Origin: a virus
Virus record (IMG/VR): IMGVR_UViG_3300046168_000058
Location: 4,375 to 68,374 of that record
Direction: 5' to 3' (one strand)
Length of the DNA stretch: 64,000 bases
The position numbers and the translations under genes were made by a program. Each line of letters starts with the position of its first letter. The first letter of the stretch is position 1. Below are positions 31,001 to 40,758 of the stretch, one piece after another. The notes under the pieces were generated by a model, which was not told the origin of the DNA, ran no database searches, and saw nothing but the letters and a program-made list of their open reading frames with translations.

Positions 31001-34000
31001 AACTAACGACTTCTGATACCTTTTTAAATTTTCAATAGACTTCTCAATCGCCTCTGCTTCTTTATCACCGGCATCTAACTTTTTAAGCTCCTCTTTGTAC
31101 TGTTCAATTCTGCGACCAGCTTCTTTGAACATTCTATCGGTCAATGCCTTGTATCTGTACTGCCAGGTGCTCTCAAAAAGTTCGTTGCGACTCTCAAAGT
31201 TCTTACCAAGTGCAACACTTATCACATGCTGCTCATCAAGGCTAGGATCTGAGTTCATCAGGTCTATACGATTCTTTGCCTTCCTCTCAAGATCGATGGC
31301 TTGTTGAATAGCGTATGCAAAGTATGTGGTGCCTTTCTCGCTCTGAAAGCCTCCTATAGATCTAGCTTTGTTAGGTCCTTCTACTAAGTCACCGTCCTCA
31401 TCCTTTGTCTTGGGTATGTAAGTCATTGGCTCGTTACGAGTACCCGTAGGATTGAGCATGCCTGCCCTTATAGACTTAACATTTACTATGTAATCCGATT
31501 TAGAAATGTCACTACCAAGAAAGTCCCAGTCTTTTCTCTCACCAGGTTTAAAATTTTCAATAAACTGAAGCAGAGTGGCTTGACCATTACTAAGATTGTT
31601 CTTTTTCCACTCACCGTCTTTATTCTTTGACCAGTATGTAATGTTTTTGTTGGGTCCTGTATTCAAAGCTCCAAGCTTCATTCGCATATTCGTACGCTTA
31701 CCACCTGCATCTACATAATAACTTGGGTGCGGCATTTCGCTCCACATGAAAGCTTTAGATTCGGGTATCAGAGCCTCTCGGTATTCTCGGACAAATTTTA
31801 GCGTCTTTTCAGCGTCCTTGATCTCCTTCTCAAGGTTTACCAATTTACGGAGAGGGCTAAAGCTTTCTACCTTAGTGTAGTCTTTTTTCTTCTGCTTTTT
31901 CTTAGAAACCTTAAATCTAATCTGATAACTTTTTTTACCAAGCTTAGCTCTATACTTCTTTAACTGTGCCTGAATCTGTTTATCGCTTATCGCAGCCGGA
32001 TCAATCATGTCGGTCTGCGTAGTCTCCTTAAAATATGCTCGGTTTTTCTTAGTAAGCTTTCCAATGTTTTTGAACTTACCTCCTACAATCTTTTGGACAA
32101 ATTCCTGTTTTGTCTTTTTGTCCTTTAAAATATTAACCACCTCAACAGTGTCGAATTTGTAGTCGGAATCGCCTTTCTTAATCCATTTGTCTGCAAGCTT
32201 GGATAGAGTTTTCTGATCTCCATTCTCAGAGGCTTTTGTCCATAACTCCTTCTCCTTATCAGTTGCAAAGCTAGGGGCTTTAGTTGTAGTCAGAGTCGCG
32301 TAGTTTTTACGATCAGCTTCAAGACCACGAACAAGTTCAGCTTCTCGATTTTGAAGTAGCTTTAAAGCTTCATCATGCTCAGCCTGCGAAAGATATAAAT
32401 CCTCCTCTATCTCAATAATACTGGGCATCTTTACAATGCCTCGTTCACCCTTAGCACCCAGATCTGAGTGGACTTTATCCTCCGCAAGATGTCTCGCGGC
32501 GTACAAATCCCCAAAAAGCGAGTTTGACATTAGATCTTTTAGACCAAACGCTTTTTCAATAATTTGAGCTATCGATGCGCCCTCACCAAGTGCTTTCTTT
32601 GTTTTGTTGTATAAGGCTTTAAATTTCTTTGGATCCGCTAAAGTGGCTTTCATCGCAGCCTGCTTTTTAAGCGTGTTCTTCAAAGCTTTTCTACCAAACT
32701 CATTCTCAAACTCTTTAGCTGCTTTGGTAGCTTCTGCCCGAGTCTTAAAATACTTAGTCTCCACCTTACCTCGAAGACCAGGTGTCGATAAGGTTACCCT
32801 AAATCGATTGCCCTTTTCCCACTCAGATTTTTCACGCTTAGTGTCGTAGGGACTGCGACCAACAATACCTGGCTGAGGTTTATCTTTAGGTATGTCCGGA
32901 ACTTTGGGTTTCTCTTTATACTTATTTAATTCTCCTGGAGTTAGATCTCTAACGGTGCCGTCTGGTAGTTCAATCTGAGTGACCGTTTTCTTATCATCAC
33001 CTGCAAGGGTTTGTTTAATCGTCTTTTTTACGATCTTACCTTTGACTTTTTTAGTGGGTCTTCCTTTTACCTTTTTCTTAACCACGCTCCCGTCTGCACC
33101 GACCTCTTCAATCTCCTTTTCTACATCAGGTAAGCTCTTGTCAGGATCTTCAACTTCAACCTCAAATAACTCAGGCTCTTTGGGAGCTCGCTCCTTAGCA
33201 CCCTCTCCGGTCTCTTTAATTTCGGGCTCGGCAAAATCAACCTCCTTCATCTCCTGCACCCGACCTCTAGGAAGAAGCTGGGCTGTGCGGGACATGTCAG
33301 CAATTTCCTGGTCTCCGTATGTTTGATCTAAACTAGAATCGCGATCCTTCTCAACCGCCGTGGCTACTTCTACCTCACGATCAGTCCAGAATGATGTGTT
33401 AGTATCTAAAGCATTCTTACCAACAAAGGTGTTAAAATCTTTAGCGAAATTAGCACGCTCCTTTGGTGTAGTAAACTCGCCTTTAATTCTACCAACAAGG
33501 AAGTTTAAACCTTCCATATCACTCAGCCCCGATATAGCGGATGAGCCTTCAGGAGCCCTCATATTCTCCGCATTAAAATTAGTGCGAGTACCTGCGGAAT
33601 CTACATTCTTAAAGCTAAACTTCTTACCGCTTGGGCTCCTGCCCATATGCTCCAATATCTTTGCAGATAGCTGATCCTTCATGGATCCGCCAAGCTTTTC
33701 AGAACCGGCGTATTTTTTAAGAAAGGGGAAAGCATACTTACGAAGCCAGCTCTGCATTTCAGTCTTAACAGACTTATCAACCTTACCTCCTGCAAGGATG
33801 TTTACGAACTGCATACTGAACCATTCATCAGCCGCGTGGAGAGGACCTTTCTTTTGGAGCTGCTTATAGCGTTTCTGTATCTGTTTTTGCTCCGCTTCGG
33901 AATATTCGCTGAACATTTTTCCGCGAACACCGTACTCCTCCTGCTCGGCAAAAGCGGACAGCTTCTCCTCATAGCTCAACCCATCGTATATGGTGAGTAG

Positions 34001-36703
34001 CTGCTCGTCATTGAACATTGAATCCCTGGCTAGGTGTCCAGCTTCATGGAAGAAAGCTCCTATTGGGTCATTGTTGAATTGAGTTCTGTTTAAATATATT
34101 ACTCCGTTCCCTAGAAGATCTCTTTCAAAAGTACCCGGCATTGTCATATCGGAACTTGGTGTACGATCCGAAACAATCACCCGAAGATTTTTCATCTTCT
34201 CAGGGTTAGCTCTCCATAGATTGGCCACCCAATCCTGAACAGCGGCAGCCTTGCGCCCGTTGTCAATGTCGTTTAAATTTTCATCCGATATGCCAGACAA
34301 CTCAAGAAGCCCGCTGGTCATACCGTCAGCACTGTTGTAGGTGTTATACGGTGCAGTGTACCCTGCCCTATTTATAACACCTGTAGAGCCGTCTGGCGTA
34401 ACCTGCATATTCTGGTATTGAATATCCGTTTCAGTGAAATCATTGGATGCGCTTCTAAGAGAAGAAACAGTTGCACCGACGATACCTGGACCCGTACCAA
34501 TAATACCCTCAGCCGCAATATCATCGTAGTTCAAAGGCTCACCCGCCTCATTAGCCCATATCTGTGCAAGGAGCTCACCTGACATACCTGAAAGTGAATC
34601 TGCGCCAAGCTCTGTAGCTGCGTTAGTTACTTTCTGGAATTTAGTAAACCTCGGAGCGTTCTTCTCAGCGTATTTTATGTTCTGAGCCCAGCTCGCACCA
34701 TCGATCATTTTACCACCGTTCAGACCGAGCTCACGCAATCCATTCATCTTACCTGCCATACCGGCAGATAGTGAGTCCATTAAAGCAATAGGAATGCCTC
34801 GTTTTAATGCTTTGTCACGGATTTTGTTAAAAAGAACAGGATTGGTTGAAGAGTCCAGAGCGGCAGCAAGAACAAAAGGATCCTTGTCATCAATACCGAG
34901 CTCACGGAGAGACTCCATGACACTACCCACTGCTTCTAAATTAAATGAAGCAAGACCCCAACTAGCACTTACTCCAATTCCTGTGCCTTGTAGAACGCCT
35001 TTTATTAGACCAGACTTACCCGGTCCAAGACCTTGATAAAGAGCACCTCCAGCAGCTGCAACTGGAACTGCTGTCATTGCCGCTTTGAATGTGGACGGTA
35101 GGAAAGATGCCATAGACTCGACAAACATCGTAGTCGCAGCACCCGGGTTCATTAGTATATTACCTAACGCATCAAGGAAATTCTCGCTCTTGATCTTTTT
35201 ATACCTCTCCATCGAGGTAGTTGTAGGAAGCTTCTCAATTTGTGATGATAGTTCGACCATGTTCTGGATATCGTCCAGATCCAAAGTCCCTGTAAGAATC
35301 TCATCCGTATAATCACCCAGTTCAGAAGTCATCATCCCACGCTGCACCGCCGTACCTAAATGCTCTAACCATCCAACCGTATCCGCCTGCTCAAATATTT
35401 CATTAGCAAGACCAAACTCGGATGCTAACGACAAGGTCTGCATTACATACTCCCTGGCCTCATCCATCTTCTTCTTAGACTCGGCATTCTTAGGTCCACC
35501 CGCATTCTTCAGGAACTCAAGTTGAGCATCCCTGGATGCGTTCTTAGCGGCGTAGACAGCCTGCATGACCTTAGCCATGTTTATACGCTCCTCGCCGCCT
35601 ATTTCATTTAAAGCTTCCTCCAATGGGCGACCGTTATATTCAGTCATCCCGACCCTGCGCATCTCATCCAGATCAAGCGCATCCACATCCCTACGGCTTA
35701 AGCCCCGTGGCCTACCATCCTGCAAACCGTTAAGGGAGAACATTACACCACGGTCACGCAATTGACGATCCCTGGATGTTAAATCCCTTTTCTTAAATAC
35801 CCCGGCAAAATCACCTCTGGCGGCTGCCGCTGCTCGCTCATGCTGAGCACCTACTGATTTTGAAACCTGACCTGTTTTGTAATCAGGAAAAGATGATATC
35901 GGTCTTCTAGGATCGGTTGCCTCGAGATTAACAACCTCCCCCGTCTTATAATCAACGACAGGGTTCTCAAAAGATTGTCTGTCTAAATATTCATTTAAAG
36001 CTTTTTTACTAGAAGATGAAGAACTGCCGCGAGATTTAAGCTGGTTGTCCATCTCCATGCGGACAGACATCGGAATAGCCGTAAGTTGATCCTGTAACGC
36101 TATCTTTTGCGCGTTAAACTGATCGGCTAAAGCCTGACGCTGATCTCTTTCGGCCTTTAGCTTTAGGTACTGCGACTTAAGACCATTTGGCTGATTCCAC
36201 TGAGCAAACTTTCCTAGTCTTTGTCTTGCTGCGGCACGACCTTCAGGCTCACCGAAAAACCCATCGGGCTGCTTACTAATCTTAAGATCAGACTTATACA
36301 TCTTATCAAGACTATTAAGATACTCATCGTGATCGTCGTACTCGTTAAACTCATCAAAACCAGCGTAGAAAGGCTTAAGCTTGTTATTTATGAAATCGTC
36401 GTAGCGTTTATTATACAGACTGGCTGACTGATTGTGATTGCTCGCGTAACTGGATATGTAAGAAAGATTCTTTTTTGCCTGTCCGTACGCATCAAGCTCA
36501 TCCCCAAATACATTATAACCCGTAGGCTCCTGAGCTGGAGTATCATACGATATCTCCTGGGCCATTGGTTGGGGAGCTTCCGGCATCGGCCCTCCAAAGG
36601 GCTGATACTTCCTGGGGGTAGGCTTGCTTAAAAATTGCGACAGATCCTGGTCATTCTCTTTGTCGTAATCCGACAGCAAATCAAGCTGGTCGAAATCTGA
36701 CAT
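25064..36703 (-). CDS. giant internal virion/polyvalent protein with zincin-like HExxH motif and LPD38-like C-terminus
   Basis: 3879 aa; FFHEAGH plus downstream DEWF; C-terminal NFARD...ARNITVDFNQKG...FVFFGASV...RIPLPLG...ELANNRNFMGAEI pattern. Confidence 0.7.
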   Translation of the reverse strand: MSDFDQLDLLSDYDKENDQDLSQFLSKPTPRKYQPFGGPMPEAPQPMAQEISYDTPAQEPTGYNVFGDELDAYGQAKKNLSYISSYASNHNQSASLYNKRYDDFINNKLKPFYAGFDEFNEYDDHDEYLNSLDKMYKSDLKISKQPDGFFGEPEGRAAARQRLGKFAQWNQPNGLKSQYLKLKAERDQRQALADQFNAQKIALQDQLTAIPMSVRMEMDNQLKSRGSSSSSSKKALNEYLDRQSFENPVVDYKTGEVVNLEATDPRRPISSFPDYKTGQVSKSVGAQHERAAAAARGDFAGVFKKRDLTSRDRQLRDRGVMFSLNGLQDGRPRGLSRRDVDALDLDEMRRVGMTEYNGRPLEEALNEIGGEERINMAKVMQAVYAAKNASRDAQLEFLKNAGGPKNAESKKKMDEAREYVMQTLSLASEFGLANEIFEQADTVGWLEHLGTAVQRGMMTSELGDYTDEILTGTLDLDDIQNMVELSSQIEKLPTTTSMERYKKIKSENFLDALGNILMNPGAATTMFVESMASFLPSTFKAAMTAVPVAAAGGALYQGLGPGKSGLIKGVLQGTGIGVSASWGLASFNLEAVGSVMESLRELGIDDKDPFVLAAALDSSTNPVLFNKIRDKALKRGIPIALMDSLSAGMAGKMNGLRELGLNGGKMIDGASWAQNIKYAEKNAPRFTKFQKVTNAATELGADSLSGMSGELLAQIWANEAGEPLNYDDIAAEGIIGTGPGIVGATVSSLRSASNDFTETDIQYQNMQVTPDGSTGVINRAGYTAPYNTYNSADGMTSGLLELSGISDENLNDIDNGRKAAAVQDWVANLWRANPEKMKNLRVIVSDRTPSSDMTMPGTFERDLLGNGVIYLNRTQFNNDPIGAFFHEAGHLARDSMFNDEQLLTIYDGLSYEEKLSAFAEQEEYGVRGKMFSEYSEAEQKQIQKRYKQLQKKGPLHAADEWFSMQFVNILAGGKVDKSVKTEMQSWLRKYAFPFLKKYAGSEKLGGSMKDQLSAKILEHMGRSPSGKKFSFKNVDSAGTRTNFNAENMRAPEGSSAISGLSDMEGLNFLVGRIKGEFTTPKERANFAKDFNTFVGKNALDTNTSFWTDREVEVATAVEKDRDSSLDQTYGDQEIADMSRTAQLLPRGRVQEMKEVDFAEPEIKETGEGAKERAPKEPELFEVEVEDPDKSLPDVEKEIEEVGADGSVVKKKVKGRPTKKVKGKIVKKTIKQTLAGDDKKTVTQIELPDGTVRDLTPGELNKYKEKPKVPDIPKDKPQPGIVGRSPYDTKREKSEWEKGNRFRVTLSTPGLRGKVETKYFKTRAEATKAAKEFENEFGRKALKNTLKKQAAMKATLADPKKFKALYNKTKKALGEGASIAQIIEKAFGLKDLMSNSLFGDLYAARHLAEDKVHSDLGAKGERGIVKMPSIIEIEEDLYLSQAEHDEALKLLQNREAELVRGLEADRKNYATLTTTKAPSFATDKEKELWTKASENGDQKTLSKLADKWIKKGDSDYKFDTVEVVNILKDKKTKQEFVQKIVGGKFKNIGKLTKKNRAYFKETTQTDMIDPAAISDKQIQAQLKKYRAKLGKKSYQIRFKVSKKKQKKKDYTKVESFSPLRKLVNLEKEIKDAEKTLKFVREYREALIPESKAFMWSEMPHPSYYVDAGGKRTNMRMKLGALNTGPNKNITYWSKNKDGEWKKNNLSNGQATLLQFIENFKPGERKDWDFLGSDISKSDYIVNVKSIRAGMLNPTGTRNEPMTYIPKTKDEDGDLVEGPNKARSIGGFQSEKGTTYFAYAIQQAIDLERKAKNRIDLMNSDPSLDEQHVISVALGKNFESRNELFESTWQYRYKALTDRMFKEAGRRIEQYKEELKKLDAGDKEAEAIEKSIENLKRYQKSLVPRLDDIYNSEAFSARGAEENPYFPKVQGGKPFSGAFDEWDYFHKREEAIEDYFNYVESDLAERYKNLIEYKSDKFPDFEGTDPDATDKDLIEKASQTNKKRTAFEAYIAKTYKNEQNPGADSVFEWLKQRQLDYIEHLEGKLDEKKEDAKKKRPLFPFYQRENIDTGPDVAESSFKGDGPGWQTYLNQSIAPDSKGRTQYVKSFDDSGFDYREIGEEADDKIPAREQVHGGFVRGNVDEGFDVMAAARKLAKGNPEKKKQKKIIKELQKRVARLLKGDVSKENISTKGKDGEVRTKEEITRMAKEQAKRLQQDLETAVRRFEAAEATKEDPNVVNIPSRLDLDMVSDFVAPESGYEVTYTRSNGDDMTVVWKLNEEGDGDWYLKTNKDKTFRQVIAQRISELRAKQIPLVLQLKKDEKVEAEIADLDRQITVWNNDMQYLNDTYMEEVDQRLLSADKRLDLVSAADVAKFFWNGQGVLSDLTRLEQMPSSKKPKGSTLVQSMPGAPGGGFLLFVWDDFIKSMYKKLNIKNFKVDYLEKKKDTVDPLGEASKDTLWEGKSVRITVDANGRAVLYDSTNKSINLKDDQLASIVQNAFGKDRKAVAKDLEKLNTKKGKKKAAKKAKKKQQRKEAYADSFEKKQFRYEADNQYFYVNGKLRDDSLFNREVPSYEYVQATLAPIFQAVVDARRVDIFGTSKRKDKTIMDRDMQKHTSDQEKQGDANDDTPEGFDADFEEETRTDKDMGKTKDSDFEESEGEGIKDKLDPSINADDIVTKNLNKNEKTAATIRQLLFNLKSGGRKVSVGDVVKQFQGADEQVEFDFWKAFGMDVPPKNMKLYGYAWQKKIKESKLFPVFKARVLDSKSPFLGARLEEQTFSLKEKIKSVDQYNDALSLMDRLFKKTGSNAKSRQELGVRLNALNGGKPITKHGFMNSLVDNSRAATKPLEDILKDLGASKALKENLDIHALWHQYFGKTDEVVKQSELIYIEPIKEALRNHNVTNREFGEYLIARIAPSKNIHLKELYKELMAEAKGETKKNIQKTIKKHGDALSGVKTATAIKVVQSMEKDPNFKAFLDDPSNPLQTFYDMNMSSLNLRNDGGLIQSGADINERTAMINASSYFNWKKQGGSKYMYKSDGKESAYSYAPMQGFDGQTERLNDLEEVYQIAGKSSSSSGRAWDQPKQQFLFEASYGRDAKSVGPDPEMVFSVAQSQYFDGALRAHKNEVAQAYGRAFELMRAVAFYGQKNVTGLPIPKLDSFEGGKDLEAKIKQDPTISENLRERVFGVDGIFEKDFQELTMKNGYEVKEQKIEFYDEDGKKREKTVDGLKFYRREMSEKLRNDPLTFVYRKNGVPMYIKFKQNKAGMQSAASLKNLNFEALPGPLQTFAWFTRNMAQLFTSKNPAFLFPNFARDLLTAAIHLSEDDKVTLMGKALDPKRIALMMKDIAKVEVDTGNKIATKLDNLPKDPKELAEYGKNLSVSGDYKRLYQFYKQSGGKVGYFRSKPLTELIADVQELTGKPGKAKEAWMATLNYLDAGNTAIENSIRLASFSAALEQGRSAQEAAKIARNITVDFNQKGTFTQTLGSMFVFFGASVNSTHRLFKTLHTRGLKKSIALISSIAGASALHAILQRMLNYDEDEEAEPKYDKINSFLRDTNVTFAFEDGSNARIPLPLGYNIFWALGQTVGDIFSRWNGKGGGGPVEWMERNAQAIVNATNPLASGSWGTFMVPTPIVPIVELANNRNFMGAEIRKEDRDFEPSLAAYMNDPKRTEQYWTEISKWVNTMLGGSEAVKGSFSSFFGYHPLEGFEDSVVSWNVSGSQLEHLMTAYLGGPGQILNSFIGSAIAPMISDKIDYKAPEINNIPIINRFYRSSVSNSSLKNMYYQLRDKKLAAEKQLRISKAVSSKEYNQHKNALKDFIALDSYVKRADSLRKKIRDSILKVEQNDSLSRLQKSQRIAELEKKENNAYIATIKKARALGIVN

Positions 36704-36706
36704 GGA

Positions 36707-38683
36707 CTATCTTCCGAAAAAGTCTGCCGGATTTAGATCTTCAGCCGAGAAATTATCGAAAAACCTTTTCTTTTTAGCTTCCTGAACGATTCTTTGTCCA
36801 GAAGGATCTAAGCCTCCTGATTGTAATCTGCGATACTCTTCAGGAGTTAACTGTCTAGGCTCAAATTTGCGGGCTACCCCTTTCTCTGGAAGAGCAAGCT
36901 GCTGCTGCCTTCTGTGATGATTGATGATATTCTGAGTAGAAACATCAGTGCCGTCTTTAGCTCTTCTAAACTGCTCGGGTGTTATCTTTTTAGGCATGCC
37001 GCCAGGATGTAAAGGAACCCCCTGAGGAGTTGGGATAGACGCATTTCTTTGAAGTTTTATCGGTCCATCTGGCCCCATAGTCATCTTTGGATTAAATTTG
37101 TCTTTAAGCTTGTTAACACCTCTTTTAATTAGATTGCCTGAGCCTGGTAGTCTTCTATCCAAGTACCTTCTACCCGCCTCCGCAGCCCCGAGTCCAGCGG
37201 CTGTAAGGAAAGGCCATAATGGCATACCGTCTTCGTCTGTTTGTGGAGCTGGAGATGGCTCGTCCAAGGAGGGTTTCTGGTACGGCTCGTTTAGACTTCC
37301 GCGATTCAAATAGTTCAGGGCATCCTGTTCATTCGTGAACATCGCATCGCCGTAATCCTGCATATCGTTAGTCATACGCCGGGTGCCTTTGTTTACATTT
37401 ACATTAAACTTGGAACCATCTTTAAAAGTGAATCGGTTGTCAGCAGCTCCCTGATTACGAAGATTAGCAAGCATAGCACCAGCGTTTTCCGGACGATATG
37501 GCTCACTCCCCATAGACAGAGATCCTCCTCTGGCTGCCGGTGCCAAAACCTGTTTCGCAGTGTCCATACCTCCCGCACGCTCAAAAGCATCCCCGAACTC
37601 CACAGTCTCAATGCGGCCATCATCGTGCTTGAACATGGCAGTACCAGGATTCTCCATACCTGTTCTGGCCATATACTCTTCTCTTGATACCTGTCCAGGA
37701 GCTCCGTTTTTATTTTCAGGATCATTAGGATCCACATAAATATTACCTGAGGCGGCAATCTCCTGCAAAGTTTTGTTTCTACGCTTTTCCCTGGCATCAT
37801 CCGCACTGTTATAAGCACCCGCGGTTTTACTTTTTATATAACGCTCCCGCATTTGAGCCTGCGTATCAGCGTCAAGCTCATCAAACGATTTACCAGTGGC
37901 AAGGGCTCCGTGAGGGCTCTTATTCCAAGCTTCTCGCATGTCAGCTTCTCTACCCTCCATTATCTCACGGGTTCGAGCTTCTTGCTTTGCTTTACGATTG
38001 TCACGGCTATCCTCCCGCTTCATATCTCTTCTGGATCTGTTTAACTGATCCCTCTGAATACCCTCTTTAATAAGCTCGTTATGTGAACGCTTTCCGCTGA
38101 AACCACCCATCGCATCTGCAGCCCTAAAAGAGTTTACTCCTGGGCTGTTACCTTGGGGCGCGGGCTCTCGTGCTTCTACATTTTGCTGATATTCGGGATC
38201 CGCTAAAAGATCATCTAAAGACCTTTGGCCTGTAGGTTGTACTGGAAAGCCAGCGTCGTTCGAGCTTGGAGCTTCGCGAAAATCTAGTGCATCCATCCCC
38301 GCTCCGAGAGCGGTAGCTCCTACTCCTACTTGCAAACCAGGTTTGATGTAATTTTTTGGCGTTAAAAACTCCTTACCTAAGTTAACCGCAGCATCAAATC
38401 CCTCTTTACCTTTTTTTGCGGCTTTAAAAGCTGGTATTAGTTCAGCAGCAGTCAGAGCAGCGTCCATAGCATCGCCCCCGGTCCAGTCTCGATCGTAGTT
38501 AGGGTCTCCCATTAAATCACCCCTAACAGCATCGTTAATCATACCGCCGACTTCCATTGGAGCTCCAAATAAAAACTGCCCACCACCTTTCATGCCTCGA
38601 GTAAACCAGTTATCATCATCCTCCGGCTCAAATAAATACTTTTTAGCAGCGGCTATGTTTTTTTGACTCTGAGTTAATGCCAT
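36707..38683 (-). CDS. putative internal virion (ejection/pilot) protein
   Basis: 658 aa, G/A-rich amphipathic segments, upstream of the giant protein. Confidence 0.5.
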   Translation of the reverse strand: MALTQSQKNIAAAKKYLFEPEDDDNWFTRGMKGGGQFLFGAPMEVGGMINDAVRGDLMGDPNYDRDWTGGDAMDAALTAAELIPAFKAAKKGKEGFDAAVNLGKEFLTPKNYIKPGLQVGVGATALGAGMDALDFREAPSSNDAGFPVQPTGQRSLDDLLADPEYQQNVEAREPAPQGNSPGVNSFRAADAMGGFSGKRSHNELIKEGIQRDQLNRSRRDMKREDSRDNRKAKQEARTREIMEGREADMREAWNKSPHGALATGKSFDELDADTQAQMRERYIKSKTAGAYNSADDAREKRRNKTLQEIAASGNIYVDPNDPENKNGAPGQVSREEYMARTGMENPGTAMFKHDDGRIETVEFGDAFERAGGMDTAKQVLAPAARGGSLSMGSEPYRPENAGAMLANLRNQGAADNRFTFKDGSKFNVNVNKGTRRMTNDMQDYGDAMFTNEQDALNYLNRGSLNEPYQKPSLDEPSPAPQTDEDGMPLWPFLTAAGLGAAEAGRRYLDRRLPGSGNLIKRGVNKLKDKFNPKMTMGPDGPIKLQRNASIPTPQGVPLHPGGMPKKITPEQFRRAKDGTDVSTQNIINHHRRQQQLALPEKGVARKFEPRQLTPEEYRRLQSGGLDPSGQRIVQEAKKKRFFDNFSAEDLNPADFFGR

Positions 38684-38706
38684 AGGAAAAATGTATATCC
38701 CCTAAT

Positions 38707-40467
38707 TTAAGGCATCAACCGCTTGTAATTCTTCTTAATCGATCCTAAAGGAGCCCGCATGAACCCGTCGGGGCACATCATGGATGGATTTTTGCGTAAC
38801 ATCCGATTGCTTATCTTTTTCTTTTTCGGGGTCTTGAATGTCGTTGCACTGTCAATGTTATACAGGGCGATGGCCGCGGCCAGGACATGATCATCATGAT
38901 GACCCGGAGCAGCCTCAGGCTTACCCCGATCATTGATTACAAAAGTTTTGAACTCTTTTAATACATCCGCATCAGGAATATCCACATTTTCCTCGATAAT
39001 TTCCGAAGCCAGATGGTCTATAACAGTCTTTCGTGTAATTTTATCCGTAGACCACCCAAAACTCTTCTCAACCATGCCCATAGAATCGTTATATTTACGC
39101 CTCCTATAAACAGATAAGCCCATCTCCAGTAGATACTTTAATAAGGCCAGCCCAGAATTGTTAACTTCAGGGATTACGAACGCATTTCCATAAAATCTAG
39201 CAGCCGCTTCGACCTCATGCGCTAATATGCCAATATCTACGCGCGAATGGTGCAATGCAACCAATCGGGGAACATGCCAATTGCCATGCCAATCCTCAAA
39301 AGGAGCTCTCCAGACCTGTACAGAATGGTAATCCGGATCGGCGGCCAAGCCCTGGGTCTGCTGGTCCTCGCCAGTGCATGTATCCGCAGATATTAAATAC
39401 TTGGAATCATACTCAGGCTCATCATAAATCTTCCACATACCAGCCCTATCGGGCGTAAATGAAGCGTTTTTGCTGTCACCCTGAACAGCTAAATTCCCAA
39501 TACGGCATTTCTGACCGCTACACGCTCTGTGCATAGACTCAACATTCGCCATATGAAACCTAGGGCGGGATGACATAAGGAAACATTCATCAGGATCCGA
39601 AGGATACTCCTGCCGGAACTTACTTAAATCACCGTTGCACTTGTCCTGGAGGACACGACGACGCCAATGCAGCTGCTCATAGTTAACATCAAACCGTTCC
39701 ATCTCCTGCTTCTCGTCCTCGGTCATCGTATCAATGAAGTCCTGCTTCATATCATCGTTCGCAAACGGTACTACGGAGTCCTCAAATTCAAACCAGGCGG
39801 CGAATATCTTGGCCCATTCATTGTCCTGAACCCATGTCCTATAGAACCAGCCATTCGGACCGTTCGGTGTGGAATCAGCCACAACCAGGGATACCGCATC
39901 CCCATCATATAAAGACTGCAAATAACCCAGAGCCGGGTCACGCTCGCCCTGCATAGGCCAGAACGCAACCTCCGTCATGTTACCAACCTGGATTGTTCCG
40001 CTTCTTCCCGCGTTTTTGGAACCCGCAGTTTCCTTTCCGTATTGGCTTCTTGTTTTTAGCTTTATCAGATCCGCGAGATTGCCACCGTCCTCCAGGTTTG
40101 TTCCTGTACCGTCCCACGGAAAAAGATCGTTTTCCGCGTATCTTCGATATATCTCGAAAACTTTGTCCGATGTACCGCTTATGTCCCCCATCAGACTCCC
40201 GCTTAAGTTCTCGTACTTTCTCATATGATGATATGTCAGGGCTTGCGCGCATGTGCTCGCTCCCTTCTGACGAGGTTTCAGAATGATCATCTTGCATGGG
40301 AGACCTTCAATTTGGCATTTTCTGTAATGGGCGAACATACGCTTCTGCAGCGTATTGGCTTTTGGTTTGATATCTTTACCACGCTTATCTTTGATTACCG
40401 CAAATGTTGAAAACCAGACCTCCGGATCAATGCGGATGAGGTCTGCCAGCTGCTCTGAATCACTCAC
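38707..40467 (-). CDS. terL: terminase large subunit
   Basis: ILKPRQKGAST Walker A region, STPNG coupling motif, QEYP, ISADT nuclease Asp, EVNN.G, GHHDDHVLA. Confidence 0.92.
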   Translation of the reverse strand: MSDSEQLADLIRIDPEVWFSTFAVIKDKRGKDIKPKANTLQKRMFAHYRKCQIEGLPCKMIILKPRQKGASTCAQALTYHHMRKYENLSGSLMGDISGTSDKVFEIYRRYAENDLFPWDGTGTNLEDGGNLADLIKLKTRSQYGKETAGSKNAGRSGTIQVGNMTEVAFWPMQGERDPALGYLQSLYDGDAVSLVVADSTPNGPNGWFYRTWVQDNEWAKIFAAWFEFEDSVVPFANDDMKQDFIDTMTEDEKQEMERFDVNYEQLHWRRRVLQDKCNGDLSKFRQEYPSDPDECFLMSSRPRFHMANVESMHRACSGQKCRIGNLAVQGDSKNASFTPDRAGMWKIYDEPEYDSKYLISADTCTGEDQQTQGLAADPDYHSVQVWRAPFEDWHGNWHVPRLVALHHSRVDIGILAHEVEAAARFYGNAFVIPEVNNSGLALLKYLLEMGLSVYRRRKYNDSMGMVEKSFGWSTDKITRKTVIDHLASEIIEENVDIPDADVLKEFKTFVINDRGKPEAAPGHHDDHVLAAAIALYNIDSATTFKTPKKKKISNRMLRKNPSMMCPDGFMRAPLGSIKKNYKRLMP

Positions 40468-40758
40468 TTAGCACTTCCAGCGTCTACGCGCCTGCCGAAG
40501 TCTGCTATTGGGGTCTTTAGCTGCCTTTGGAAATTTTTTCATCTGACCTGCAGAACGGGAGCAATAGGATTTACGACGCTTGGCCGATTTACTCCCCTTC
40601 TTTACCTTGCCGGTCACAGCTCCTTTGAGCTTGGATCCAGGATTATCCTTACGATACTTCGCAATACCCTTCTTTGTCATACCAGCACCCTTCTTGGTTG
40701 GGCGTTTATGCCCTCCCCCAATCGTGTGCCCTTTCATAGAACCCTTCTTACTTGCCAT
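40468..40758 (-). CDS. small basic phage protein (RRKSYCSRS type)
   Basis: GM..KG...YR..NPGSKLK.AVT...RRKSYCSRSAG...PNSRL..ARRRWKC, a recurrent phage family. Confidence 0.8.
   Translation of the reverse strand: MASKKGSMKGHTIGGGHKRPTKKGAGMTKKGIAKYRKDNPGSKLKGAVTGKVKKGSKSAKRRKSYCSRSAGQMKKFPKAAKDPNSRLRQARRRWKC

Noticed and set aside
25064-36703. N4- or crAss-type virion RNA polymerase in the giant protein
   Set aside because: DSKGR/DANGR and K-x7-YG-like strings occur but not in the right order or context. There is no R-x3-K-x7-YG and no DxDxD catalytic motif, so the call is unsupported without structure prediction.
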